Below, piece after piece: positions 31,381-40,216 of a DNA stretch of 64,000 nt. The notes under the pieces were generated by a model. That model was not told the origin of the DNA, made no database searches, and worked only from the letters and a program-made list of their open reading frames with translations. The stretch is from Candidatus Micrarchaeota archaeon (GTDB lineage Archaea; Micrarchaeota; Micrarchaeia; Anstonellales; Bilamarchaeaceae). Positions within the stretch are counted from its first letter, which is position 1. Every line of letters starts with the position of its first letter. The stretch is taken from the NCBI GenBank assembly GCA_016926175.1, contig JAFGPA010000031.1, positions 7,075-71,074 on the forward strand. The letters are read 5' to 3'. Both the position numbers and the translations under genes were made by a program.

Positions 31381-33366
31381 GTGGGTGGACGAATGAGATC
31401 CAGATCTATTAAAAGAAATGTTAGGAAAGCAGCTGCTGTTGCAGCGATTGTGGCATTAATACCGTTGGTTGAAAAAACTGCAAAGGCGCAGGAGCCCGAA
31501 AGTGGAACAGCTGAAAGTTCAGAGAGCAAACCTCCTATGCCATTGGAAGGAGAACTGCTTACTGATGATGCAGCAGAATCGTCAGGGACACAAAAGCCAA
31601 AGAAAAGAGTTCTTACCCTTGACGGCGAAACGGAAATAAGCGGAGAAAAGGAAAAAACAAAAAAACAGCCTCCAAAAAAAACTTCTGATAAAACTGAGGA
31701 AGATCCTGTTATTTACGTTGATGAACAGCCGGTTTCAGACCCAAAAGCAGAACAGGATCCTATTCCGGGCATTTTTGCAACCGAAGTAGATCCCACCGGA
31801 AAATTAAGGCCGATAAGCCTTGCACACGCATGGGATATCGGAGGCAATGTCGTTTCAAACGAGGCAGGCTCTTCAGTATATGGTTCTGTACGTTATACCC
31901 TGGAGCATAAGGAATGGTTTGTGGGCAGGTTCAGTTCAGATTCAGGCAACATCTGGTTTGGGCAGCAGGCAGCGCCTTTTACGCGATTGTTTGCCAGTCC
32001 GCAGGTGAAACTCTGGAGATTCAAAGGAGCAACTTATACCAGCCTGGCATCAATTGGCAACATGCCATCATGGTTCCACTGGTACCAGTCAGGCGGGCTT
32101 GGATATTCCCAGGGATTCGGAGGGGATTCAAGACTGAGGCTGGGCGTTGTTGGCGGATGGGCAATGTCTGCTCCTACATACGATAATATATATGCTGATA
32201 TTGCAATGGGCGCATCCTTTGAGGCTAAAAAGCACATGGTTTACGCAATTCCTACATTCATGTATGCTGCATCAAATCCGATTCAGGTTGCATATTATGA
32301 ACATTACAAGCCAAGATTCCAGGATATGGAATTTGGAGCCCAGACAAGATTCTGGAATGACCAGTATACTGCAAGAGCATTCTACAATTTCGGTCTGATA
32401 AGCCAGAAATTAGGCGGAAGACTGACGAGGACAATAAATTTCAGCAATACAGTTGCCGGCGACCTCTATGGCGGCCTTGGGGCAACCCGGTGGGCATCTG
32501 AACTTGGAGGACGATGGGATCCGATGGTTGTAGCTGGCATCAATGTTGTTCTCGGCGGACAACATATCAATTCCACAAACACTTTCAGGTATGAGAGGAT
32601 TCAGCCCGGAAGATCCATTCATGTTAAGACAGAAAGACCTACAAGGCAGGATCCTGGACCTTATGGATTCGGAAGATCTGGAAATCCTGAATGGGATGCT
32701 GAAGTCAACAGGGCAAAGGATAATCTGCTGGAAGCTGACAGCTTCGATGAATTTGCGGCAAATTACAGAACTTCCTCAAGAAGCGAAGTTATTCGCACTG
32801 CAAGGTTCATCGGGGCATTCATGTCTCAGGTTGCATATGCAAACGATGCATATGAGGATATTAACAGCGGCAACATTCTCAGTTCTGAAGCAGAAAGGAT
32901 TTCCCATGTCAATACTGACGTTATGTATTCCTATCTTAGGGCATATGTTGATCACTATGAGCACAATGCACCAAATACCCCTCTTCCAGAGAATCTCAGA
33001 AGAGGAATTGCGATGTGCGGCGGAATCCATGGCCTCATGGCAGATTTCATGAGAAGAAACGGTGTTCCGGCCATTGTTGCATCTGTAAATACCCCAAACG
33101 GCCCTCACATGGTTGCAATTGCACAACCTCCCGGAGCAACAGTATTGCTTGATTATGGAGTTCCATATGAAGCTCCAGGAGGGATGTTCGATGAGGTAAT
33201 CAGGGCTTATGGCCATGAAAAACAAGCTCCTGTTTTCCAGTCTCAGCTGTTTGGTGCAAATGGCTACATGGGCACATATATCACATCTGAGGGCAGACTG
33301 CTTCATGAAAGCATTGGAATTATCAATAGTGAAGTATTGAAGATGGATTTCCTTAATATAAGATAA
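31381..33366 (+). CDS. Secreted protein: signal peptide, acidic linker, putative beta-barrel and transglutaminase-like domain
   Basis: AKA-QE cleavage-like site; Gly/aromatic alternating strands at about aa 148-392; C546/H576/D591 candidate triad (GIAMCGG, GPHMV, LLDYG). Confidence 0.7.
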   Translation: MGGRMRSRSIKRNVRKAAAVAAIVALIPLVEKTAKAQEPESGTAESSESKPPMPLEGELLTDDAAESSGTQKPKKRVLTLDGETEISGEKEKTKKQPPKKTSDKTEEDPVIYVDEQPVSDPKAEQDPIPGIFATEVDPTGKLRPISLAHAWDIGGNVVSNEAGSSVYGSVRYTLEHKEWFVGRFSSDSGNIWFGQQAAPFTRLFASPQVKLWRFKGATYTSLASIGNMPSWFHWYQSGGLGYSQGFGGDSRLRLGVVGGWAMSAPTYDNIYADIAMGASFEAKKHMVYAIPTFMYAASNPIQVAYYEHYKPRFQDMEFGAQTRFWNDQYTARAFYNFGLISQKLGGRLTRTINFSNTVAGDLYGGLGATRWASELGGRWDPMVVAGINVVLGGQHINSTNTFRYERIQPGRSIHVKTERPTRQDPGPYGFGRSGNPEWDAEVNRAKDNLLEADSFDEFAANYRTSSRSEVIRTARFIGAFMSQVAYANDAYEDINSGNILSSEAERISHVNTDVMYSYLRAYVDHYEHNAPNTPLPENLRRGIAMCGGIHGLMADFMRRNGVPAIVASVNTPNGPHMVAIAQPPGATVLLDYGVPYEAPGGMFDEVIRAYGHEKQAPVFQSQLFGANGYMGTYITSEGRLLHESIGIINSEVLKMDFLNIR

Positions 33367-33458
33367 TTTTAGATTTTCTAATTCTTTTTTAGATTATCTT
33401 TTTTTACATTACTTTTAAGATTAGTTATATTTTTATATAACATACGCGAAGAAATCCC

Positions 33459-33878
33459 ATGGAAGACACCATTGAAATATGCGCTGGTTGTGGAAAACTT
33501 CCAAGACCAATAGATTATCTGAACGATCTTTTTCTTTGTTCCAGGTGCGGAAGCAACAAAACCATCATGGTAAGTTCTGAAGATTATGAGAAAACTGCTG
33601 CCAGGCTTGATGAAAAATTTCATAAAAAAATCATTGAAACACGAATTGCATTCGTAAAAGAAGGGCAGCCTCCAAAGATTGCCGGAAAAAAGCCTTCAAA
33701 AAAATCAAAAATCCGTAAATCCGGCCCCAGCAAAACTGTCAAAAAATCAGCCAGAAAAGCAAAACCGGCCAAAAAGCCAAAAACCTTCAAAAAAACACCC
33801 GGGAAGAAAACTGCTGCCAAAAAGAAACTTGTTAAAAAAGCAAAGAAAATCAAAAAGAAACCAAGGAAAAAGAAATGA
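33459..33878 (+). CDS. Zn-ribbon protein with histone H1-like Lys-rich tail
   Basis: CAGC...CSRC followed by about 65 aa rich in K/A/P/S. Confidence 0.8.
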   Translation: MEDTIEICAGCGKLPRPIDYLNDLFLCSRCGSNKTIMVSSEDYEKTAARLDEKFHKKIIETRIAFVKEGQPPKIAGKKPSKKSKIRKSGPSKTVKKSARKAKPAKKPKTFKKTPGKKTAAKKKLVKKAKKIKKKPRKKK

Positions 33879-33912
33879 TAATTTTATATAAACTACCACA
33901 TACAATAATGCT

Positions 33913-34473
33913 ATGGTTCAAAAAATGAAACTTCCAGCCAGAGCTGCGGATGTCATTTCTATTGCACCTTTAACTGAAAAAATTTCCGCTTCCTTGACTT
34001 CGTATTTACAATGCGGGATAGAAACCTCAAGAGAGGGTATCTGCGGGATTTACAGCATCAGATTTCAGCCTGGCATGGATGAAAATGTTCTTTTCCTGTT
34101 CTGCAAAGGATATATTGAAGAAAAGAATATCAATTCATCAATTCCTGATCTTGATATTGAAACCAGATTCGATCTTTTTCTTGCTGCTGAAAAAAAAGGC
34201 ATTATAGCCTTGGTAAAACTCAATGATCATGGGGAAAGCAGGTTCAAAACCTTTCTTGCCAGGGGGTTTTATACAATGAACGGCAATCGATATGATGTTC
34301 ATAAGATAGAACTTCTGGATGAAACAACCCCTGATGATCTTTATAAATTCTGCAGGCGTTTTCTTGGCTACAGGAATTTTCCGACGTTAATGCCTGAAAT
34401 TGATGGGCAGCTGGCCCTTGAAATGTTTCGTAAGGCAGAAGAGGCAAGACTGATAAAAGTGGTGAAAAAATGA
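33913..34473 (+). CDS. Hypothetical protein with a two-fold internal repeat
   Basis: LFLFCKGYI...IPDLD...DLFLAAEKKGIIALVK versus LYKFCRRFL...MPEID...EMFRKAEEARLIKVVK. Confidence 0.75.
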   Translation: MVQKMKLPARAADVISIAPLTEKISASLTSYLQCGIETSREGICGIYSIRFQPGMDENVLFLFCKGYIEEKNINSSIPDLDIETRFDLFLAAEKKGIIALVKLNDHGESRFKTFLARGFYTMNGNRYDVHKIELLDETTPDDLYKFCRRFLGYRNFPTLMPEIDGQLALEMFRKAEEARLIKVVKK

Positions 34474-34790
34474 AGAAAAAAGAACTGATTGCAACCAGAA
34501 GCGCAACTCCGGATTCCAGAGGACGGCCAAAAAAATTCACCGGGAAAAATATTTTTGACGTCGCAGTCAATATTCTTGAAAATCATATACGGGAATCAAA
34601 AGGATATTTCATAAGCCAGGATGATATTGCAATAAGCGGACCAATAAAAGAAAGGCATGTTATTGATGCACTTATTACACTTTCGCGAGACAAAGATTCC
34701 AAAACAAAAAAACTATTTGAAGATGTTGCAGCATTAAGCTGTTATGAGCAGGCAAGAAAAACTGTCCGGGAGATACTTACACATTTTTAA
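34470..34790 (+). CDS. Orphan helical family member P1
   Basis: ATGA-coupled; ILENHIRE...ERHVIDAL...RKTVREIL. Confidence 0.72.
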   Translation: MKKKELIATRSATPDSRGRPKKFTGKNIFDVAVNILENHIRESKGYFISQDDIAISGPIKERHVIDALITLSRDKDSKTKKLFEDVAALSCYEQARKTVREILTHF

Positions 34791-34823
34791 ATATTTCATG
34801 ACATATATCCGAATGGGAGGAAA

Positions 34824-34979
34824 ATGAAAATACGAGCAACTGTAAATTGGCAGGTAAATGAACTTGGGTCATCCATACTGAACCTGTTTAAACCAAGTCC
34901 CGGATTGCTGCAAAAAGCCTTTATATCCATGCCTGGGGCTGGAATCAATCAAAAAACCATGTGGAGGGGATTGGCATGA
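34824..34979 (+). CDS. Putative 51-aa protein MKIRATVNWQVNELGSS...
   Basis: SD GGGAGG; stop overlaps the next ATG (ATGA). Below the ORF-track length cutoff. Confidence 0.45.
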   Translation: MKIRATVNWQVNELGSSILNLFKPSPGLLQKAFISMPGAGINQKTMWRGLA

Positions 34980-35275
34980 GAAAAAGAATGCATACCCTGC
35001 CTTCAACTCCCGCATCAAAAAACGAGTTCAGCGTTAAAAAGCCAGCTTTGGTTGCTCTTTCCATGAATCTCCTGGAACGCCATCTTAATGAGCTCAATTG
35101 CGACGGATGGCAGTCAAAAAGCCTTATTTCTGAAAACGATGTAAAAATCTCTGTTGAATTTATTATTGATATTCTGGATCCCAAGGCAAGGGAATTGCTG
35201 ATTGCCGTGGCAGAAAAAACACCCTATAATTCTGTCTCTGAGATTATAAAGTCAGCAAAAATCTATTGCAGGTAA
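34976..35275 (+). CDS. Orphan helical family member P2
   Basis: SD GGAGG; LLERHLNE...ENDVKISV...LLIAVAE. Confidence 0.68.
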   Translation: MRKRMHTLPSTPASKNEFSVKKPALVALSMNLLERHLNELNCDGWQSKSLISENDVKISVEFIIDILDPKARELLIAVAEKTPYNSVSEIIKSAKIYCR

Positions 35276-35343
35276 TTGATTTTTTAAGCGTTTATAATAA
35301 TATTTATATAAAATGGCTGTTTTTCCAGCCGGAAGCGAATACT

Positions 35344-35709
35344 GTGAATTTTAAAACACCAATCACCAGGCCTGAAATTCCAAGAGTAAAAATGCCAAAG
35401 CCGGCATCTGAGGAGCAGTTGAATTCTTCCTCATCAAAAAGACCATCCCTGTTTCCATTATCTGATGGAAAAAATCTGACTGATAAAGCCATTGAAGTGC
35501 TGGAATCCCAGCTGGTACTGGACCGGGAATCATTTAAAGACGGAGCTGAAGCATTTGTGCTAAGGGAAGCAAAGAATTCCCTGGAAATTCTAAGGCTAAC
35601 TACTGAGAAAAATTCCAAATGCTTAAGTGTTTTGGCCAGAACCTCAGCTGACCATCCATTTCCTGAAATACGCAAAACTGCCAAAGAAATTCTCAGCGAT
35701 CATTACTGA
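35344..35709 (+). CDS. Orphan helical family member P3
   Basis: GKNLTDKAIEVLESQL...IRKTAKEIL, close to P1. GTG start inferred. Confidence 0.65.
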   Translation: MNFKTPITRPEIPRVKMPKPASEEQLNSSSSKRPSLFPLSDGKNLTDKAIEVLESQLVLDRESFKDGAEAFVLREAKNSLEILRLTTEKNSKCLSVLARTSADHPFPEIRKTAKEILSDHY

Positions 35710-36070
35710 CGGGGACAATTCCTGAATTGAACCTTAATTTTTCTATTGCTTTTTGTTTTACTGCCGGCAAATCTGAATCTGCAGCTATTTTGCAGATTAA
35801 TTCAATTGATGCAATTGTCCTCGATAATGCCTGAAAGCTGACTGCATCAAGTATGTCATTTTCCATGAGCAAATAGGGGCCATGGGATGTAAAAAGATTC
35901 TTTCTTCCTTCGTTTATTTTTACCTCTGCCAAATGCTGCCTGAGTATTGTTTCAGATGCTGCAAATTTTTCTTTTGTATTTCTCATTATTGTTCCTCTAA
36001 AGTAATGCTTCAATGCTTTCGGCGATGCCGGAGGAGTAGATTGTTCCTGTCTCAATGTTTGTGCTGTCAT
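35693..36070 (-). CDS. Orphan helical family member P4
   Basis: FRGTIMR...SETILRQHLAE...HG...MENDILDA, clearly paralogous to 44629-44970. Confidence 0.75.
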   Translation of the reverse strand: MTAQTLRQEQSTPPASPKALKHYFRGTIMRNTKEKFAASETILRQHLAEVKINEGRKNLFTSHGPYLLMENDILDAVSFQALSRTIASIELICKIAADSDLPAVKQKAIEKLRFNSGIVPVSNDR

Positions 36071-36200
36071 TTCCCCACCTGTATAAAACATGTTTTAGAA
36101 AGATATAAAAAGCAGCGTACGGTGCTAGAAAAATTCCATATTTTACCTGATTATTTAGTTATAGTAAATGTTATAAAATCATTTAACCTAATCTGATAGT

Positions 36201-36962
36201 ATGCTTAGCAGATTGCCTGGACTTAAAAGGATTTATACTTCCCCGGAAAATGATAAACATCGCAAAGTAATCGAGGCTGGAATAGCTGCCCAGCAACCAA
36301 TTATCGATGAAATTATAATGAAGGGCATGCATGGCCACCATGAGAACAAAGGTGCCCTTAGAAACTGTGTTGCTCTTTTTGAGGCGGTGAGGAAATCTTC
36401 GATAATACCTGTAAAACCAGGCTGGGACTTTGTTGAATTTGCCTATTTGGTGGCCATTGAATTTGACAGCACCCCCAAACAAATAAAGATTGCACACGGA
36501 ATTCCTGAAGAATATTCCATTCCGAGCAGCGGACCAAATGCATTATTTTCATTAAGAAATTCAAGTACTTTGAATATGGGGCGGCTGATAAAACGGGCCA
36601 AAAGAGAAATTGATTTCATACCAATACTAAAGGCCTTGAACGATATGAAGGTTGCAATACTGAATGCAGAAAGGCCCCTTGCAATCATGGGCATAACCGG
36701 CCCTGAAAAACAATTGAAGCTTGAAAGAGCAACAAGAAATCAGATGAAAGAACTTGCAATTCATGGCATAACCAATGTGCAAATCGATGGTTCAAACCTT
36801 TCGTATGTCCTTACACGAACGAGAGTTGACATGCCAGATTTTGATGAGTATGTAGAAGAAAAAGGATCTTACATTGATTCTCTGATGATTGCCATGGCAA
36901 AAAGACTTAGCTTTGGGTTCAATCCAAAAATTGCAGATTTACAACAGAACCACCATTTATAG
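36201..36962 (+). CDS. Hypothetical protein
   Basis: 253-aa ORF, no motif recognised. Confidence 0.7.
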   Translation: MLSRLPGLKRIYTSPENDKHRKVIEAGIAAQQPIIDEIIMKGMHGHHENKGALRNCVALFEAVRKSSIIPVKPGWDFVEFAYLVAIEFDSTPKQIKIAHGIPEEYSIPSSGPNALFSLRNSSTLNMGRLIKRAKREIDFIPILKALNDMKVAILNAERPLAIMGITGPEKQLKLERATRNQMKELAIHGITNVQIDGSNLSYVLTRTRVDMPDFDEYVEEKGSYIDSLMIAMAKRLSFGFNPKIADLQQNHHL

Positions 36963-37176
36963 GTGTTTTTTATTTTAAAATATATTCTTAGAATTTCTTG
37001 ATATATTTAGGAAATAGTCTTTTATGCTCTCTGTGCTGAAAAAAACTTCATCGATAAAAACATTCTTTTGAGTTATTTTGGTTGTGGAGGCCACATATTA
37101 TTTATGAAAAATATCGTTTTTATTTTGTTGCAGGAAATGGAAACGAATAAAAATAACATTCTGACAAAATATTATT

Positions 37177-37584
37177 ATGCAAAAAAAGATTTGTGATGGA
37201 ATTGCAATAAACCGGAAAACCGGAAAAAAGATCCGCTTCACCGTTCCAGCCACCTTTCCAGAAAGTACTATGGAAAAATTAAGAACCAATCTGAAGATTA
37301 TACAAATCAATGGAACTAATCTTTCCAAATTCGGTGCAACAACTGATGGAGTTTGCTATATGATAAAAGAAGAATTAAAAGATGCAAAAGCAAAAAAAAT
37401 TACTGAACAGGCATTTGCCATCCAGGAAAAAGCAGAACAACGAGCAGAAAAAGAAGCCGGGTTGGAAACCTGGCAAAAAAAGCAGCTTGTTGCCGATGTT
37501 GTTGTAAGAGAACTTGAGATATTAAGTGGAGAAAAAACCTTTGAGCAAGTTTATCGGGAAGAATTAATGTATTATCGTAAATAA
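37177..37584 (+). CDS. Hypothetical protein with C-terminal coiled/helical segment
   Basis: 135-aa ORF in an AT-rich island. Confidence 0.65.
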   Translation: MQKKICDGIAINRKTGKKIRFTVPATFPESTMEKLRTNLKIIQINGTNLSKFGATTDGVCYMIKEELKDAKAKKITEQAFAIQEKAEQRAEKEAGLETWQKKQLVADVVVRELEILSGEKTFEQVYREELMYYRK

Positions 37585-37585
37585 C

Positions 37586-37818
37586 ACCTTGATAGTAAAC
37601 CAATCTACTACTATAATAACCTTATAAGTAAACCACGAAATAAAGCAAAAACACTTTTTTCGCACTATGGTTTATTGATATGATGTTGATTGGCAGAACC
37701 TGATTGCAGAAGCCCGCTTACACGGGCTAAACTGGCCAAAAGAATGGTTTTTCGCATTTTTTGGGTATTTTCAGTTTACTGATATGATATATTGATTATT
37801 TGGGTTTACTTATTAGGT
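37586..37818. repeat. Five imperfect copies of a 17-mer (core AGTAAAC) around a GC hairpin
   Basis: Forward copies at 37586 and 37619; reverse copies at 37668, 37772 and 37802; hairpin AGCCCG-cttaca-CGGGCT at 37711-37728. Confidence 0.75.
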
Positions 37819-38408
37819 GTTTTACAAATAGTATTTGCAATCGTTATTGTACGATTCATTATTTCTAATGTTTTCTTTTCGACATTTTTTACGCCGCTTA
37901 GATATTCCTCAATCTCTATTTTTAGTTCATCAGTTAGTCCTGGGTAATGCTGTATTCTCGTTTTAGGACCAGGACTATTTCTCCATATAAAATATTTCTG
38001 ATAATGAATGGATCTTTTGGTAAAATCGTATATTGCCTTAGCTTCTTCTTTAACTTCGTCATCCCACGCGATGTTATCGATTCTACCTTTTGGATCATCC
38101 ATGCGTTTATTTGGAGGGAATGATAATTCAAATCTTACAAGATATTCAATAGTTTTTCGACATGAATCTAGGGCTGGATAATACTGATTCACAGCATAAC
38201 ACGTTATCATTCCAATATATAACTGATGAATTATGTCGTAACATAAATCTTTGGAGCTAGCATCCCATCTATTCTCATAATTCAGTTTCTTGATTTTTTT
38301 GCATCTTTCAAGAATCTTTTCCCTGTTCTTGTGTAATGAATCCAGATACCTCTCTATCTTGACGCATGGGTCATTGGTTGGAGGTTCAACATCCATTTTC
38401 ATCACCAT
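37806..38408 (-). CDS. Hypothetical protein, HEPN/DUF4145-like
   Basis: CY...QYYPALDSCRKTIEYL and later KRSIH pattern; low-GC gene. Confidence 0.5.
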   Translation of the reverse strand: MVMKMDVEPPTNDPCVKIERYLDSLHKNREKILERCKKIKKLNYENRWDASSKDLCYDIIHQLYIGMITCYAVNQYYPALDSCRKTIEYLVRFELSFPPNKRMDDPKGRIDNIAWDDEVKEEAKAIYDFTKRSIHYQKYFIWRNSPGPKTRIQHYPGLTDELKIEIEEYLSGVKNVEKKTLEIMNRTITIANTICKTPNK

Positions 38409-38420
38409 TCTAAAATTCTT

Positions 38421-38798
38421 TTATATTTTCTTAATCTCTTTTTGAATATTCTTATCAAACGTCAGAACGCCAAGCCTCAGCTTCCTGGCATGGTAAACAA
38501 TGCAGGCATCAACAAAGTTCAACTGTTTTTTCTGATTTTTAAAAACATCAAAAACTCCCTTGAAATCACTTGGAGATGTATATAATATTTTGATATTTTT
38601 TGTATTTTCCATTATTTCTAGGAATAAATTAGAATTTCTAAGACTATTTTTGTATAATAACACTGTGGCAGTTTCTCCCACAACATAATCAGGAATCAAA
38701 AGAAAATCTTCATGTTCTTTCATCTGTTTTACTGCTTCTTCATGATTAGCATCTTTTTTAGAATAAAAAGAAATCAAAAAAGAACTGTCAACAATCAT
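38421..38798 (-). CDS. vapC: VapC-like PIN domain toxin
   Basis: MIVDSSFL, E(TATVL), LNFVDAC, LTFDK acidic PIN residues. Confidence 0.92.
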   Translation of the reverse strand: MIVDSSFLISFYSKKDANHEEAVKQMKEHEDFLLIPDYVVGETATVLLYKNSLRNSNLFLEIMENTKNIKILYTSPSDFKGVFDVFKNQKKQLNFVDACIVYHARKLRLGVLTFDKNIQKEIKKI

Positions 38799-39046
38799 TG
38801 ATTCTCCTCGTAAACTATTTTGTCGATCTTTTTGCTGAGATCTTTTTCTCCTTCAAATGCTATTTTGTCAAATGTGTCAAAGATGCTCTTGTACTTTTTC
38901 TTTGGCATTTCTGCAAGATGCTCCTGTACAAGAAGAATAAGTTCCCGTAATGCCTCTGCCACAGTCATATCATGGTTTTCTGCATATTCAGTAATGAATT
39001 CTTTTGTCTTGTCATCGACGTTCCTAATAGCGAACATATCTGCCAT
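38795..39046 (-). CDS. Ribbon-helix-helix antitoxin (VapB/FitA-like)
   Basis: FAIRNVDD...YA...MTVAEALRELI; C-terminal DLSKKIDKIVY; ATGA-coupled to the PIN gene. Confidence 0.82.
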   Translation of the reverse strand: MADMFAIRNVDDKTKEFITEYAENHDMTVAEALRELILLVQEHLAEMPKKKYKSIFDTFDKIAFEGEKDLSKKIDKIVYEENQ

Positions 39047-39049
39047 GTA

Positions 39050-39059
39050 TAACATGTTA
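39050..39059. promoter_or_regulatory. Palindrome TAACATGTTA, probable TA autoregulatory operator
   Basis: Perfect 10-bp palindrome between a TATA-like TTTAAATA (39069-39076, minus strand) and the antitoxin start. Confidence 0.45.
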
Positions 39060-39189
39060 AACAAAGATTATTTAAAGATATGTTTTACGCGTTAAACTAA
39101 AAAATACAGTTTTATATGGCTAATGTCATTGTGACCGTGTTTCTTCTTCATATATGTATTAATACCTTTGTTTACATATATACCCTTAT

Positions 39190-39840
39190 ATGATAACTTC
39201 TTATCGCAGGCCAGCATATGCCAAAGAAGATCCTGGAGGGATATTCAGAAAAGAGGTCCCAATGCTGGACTGGATGAACTTTGACTTCCTTTCAACCGAG
39301 ATGAGCAAAATGTGGCACGGCCAGCCGCCAGGTGCGGTTCTTGCCCGATATGCCATATCTCAAAATCTATACCTCGGGAGCGATAGCTTTTTTTCAAAAA
39401 ACCTGAGAGATTCAGTCCTTCTTGATCTCGGGGCAGGGGATCCTGAGGCCATGATTGGCTTTGCCAGATGCCACGGCGTGAAAACCTACTGCGGGGTTGA
39501 CAGCACCCGGGATTATTCAGGAATTAAGCAGGGGTCAGACACTCTTCTCATCAAAGACGATCTTTTATGGTTTCTTTTCCATGTCGGGGATTCCCGGGTA
39601 AATGTCTGCATGAATGCTATAGATGAATGTGTGCTGAGAACAGGGGGCATTTATGGACAGGCTTATGAAATAAAACTTATCAACGAGATAGCCAGGGTAA
39701 CAATGGCAGGAGGCATTGCATTTGGACTTATGAGCCCTTCACTTCATGGCCTGGCGGAACTGGGGTTCACCAAACTTGAGGTTGCAGGCGATGTGCAGGT
39801 AAGTGAATTTGGGGCAGTTTACAGAAAGCCTTTGGTTTGA
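39190..39840 (+). CDS. Divergent SAM-dependent methyltransferase-like protein
   Basis: LLDLGAG, YCGVD, EIARV...GG; paralog of 46355-47071. Confidence 0.72.
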   Translation: MITSYRRPAYAKEDPGGIFRKEVPMLDWMNFDFLSTEMSKMWHGQPPGAVLARYAISQNLYLGSDSFFSKNLRDSVLLDLGAGDPEAMIGFARCHGVKTYCGVDSTRDYSGIKQGSDTLLIKDDLLWFLFHVGDSRVNVCMNAIDECVLRTGGIYGQAYEIKLINEIARVTMAGGIAFGLMSPSLHGLAELGFTKLEVAGDVQVSEFGAVYRKPLV

Positions 39841-39957
39841 GTTATTTGGAAATCATACTTTTCTTTCTGATAAAGAGTAATCTGGGGCCGCTTGGGGCAA
39901 TGAATTTTTCATCAATAGATCTGATGCTGATAAAAAGAAATTAAAAAATTCGGGGTA

Positions 39958-40152
39958 TTATGCTTTTTCTACTTGGACTGCTTTTGGTCCCCTGTCTCCC
40001 TGTTCAACCTCAAAAGTAACCTTGTCCCCTTCTTTGAGGTAGGTTCCTTCTTTAACGCCACTTGAGTGGACAAAATACTCTTTTCCATCATCTCCGGCAA
40101 TAAAGCCGAAATGCTTCATTTCATTAAAAAATTTTACTGTTCCTTCTACCAT
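39958..40152 (-). CDS. cspA: Cold-shock protein
   Basis: GTVKFFN, FGFI, YFVH, GDRGPKA. Confidence 0.96.
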   Translation of the reverse strand: MVEGTVKFFNEMKHFGFIAGDDGKEYFVHSSGVKEGTYLKEGDKVTFEVEQGDRGPKAVQVEKA

Positions 40153-40216
40153 TTTTACACCATTGATTAACTAACTGCATTAATTACCTGCTTGCTTTTT
40201 TTAAAGCTTGACATTT

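Noticed and set aside
37586..37818. CRISPR array or canonical ORB/dif interpretation of the repeats
   Set aside because: Copies are degenerate, in both orientations and irregularly spaced; no cas, orc1 or xer gene is adjacent; there is no clear match to ORB or dif consensus. Kept only as an unexplained repeat site.
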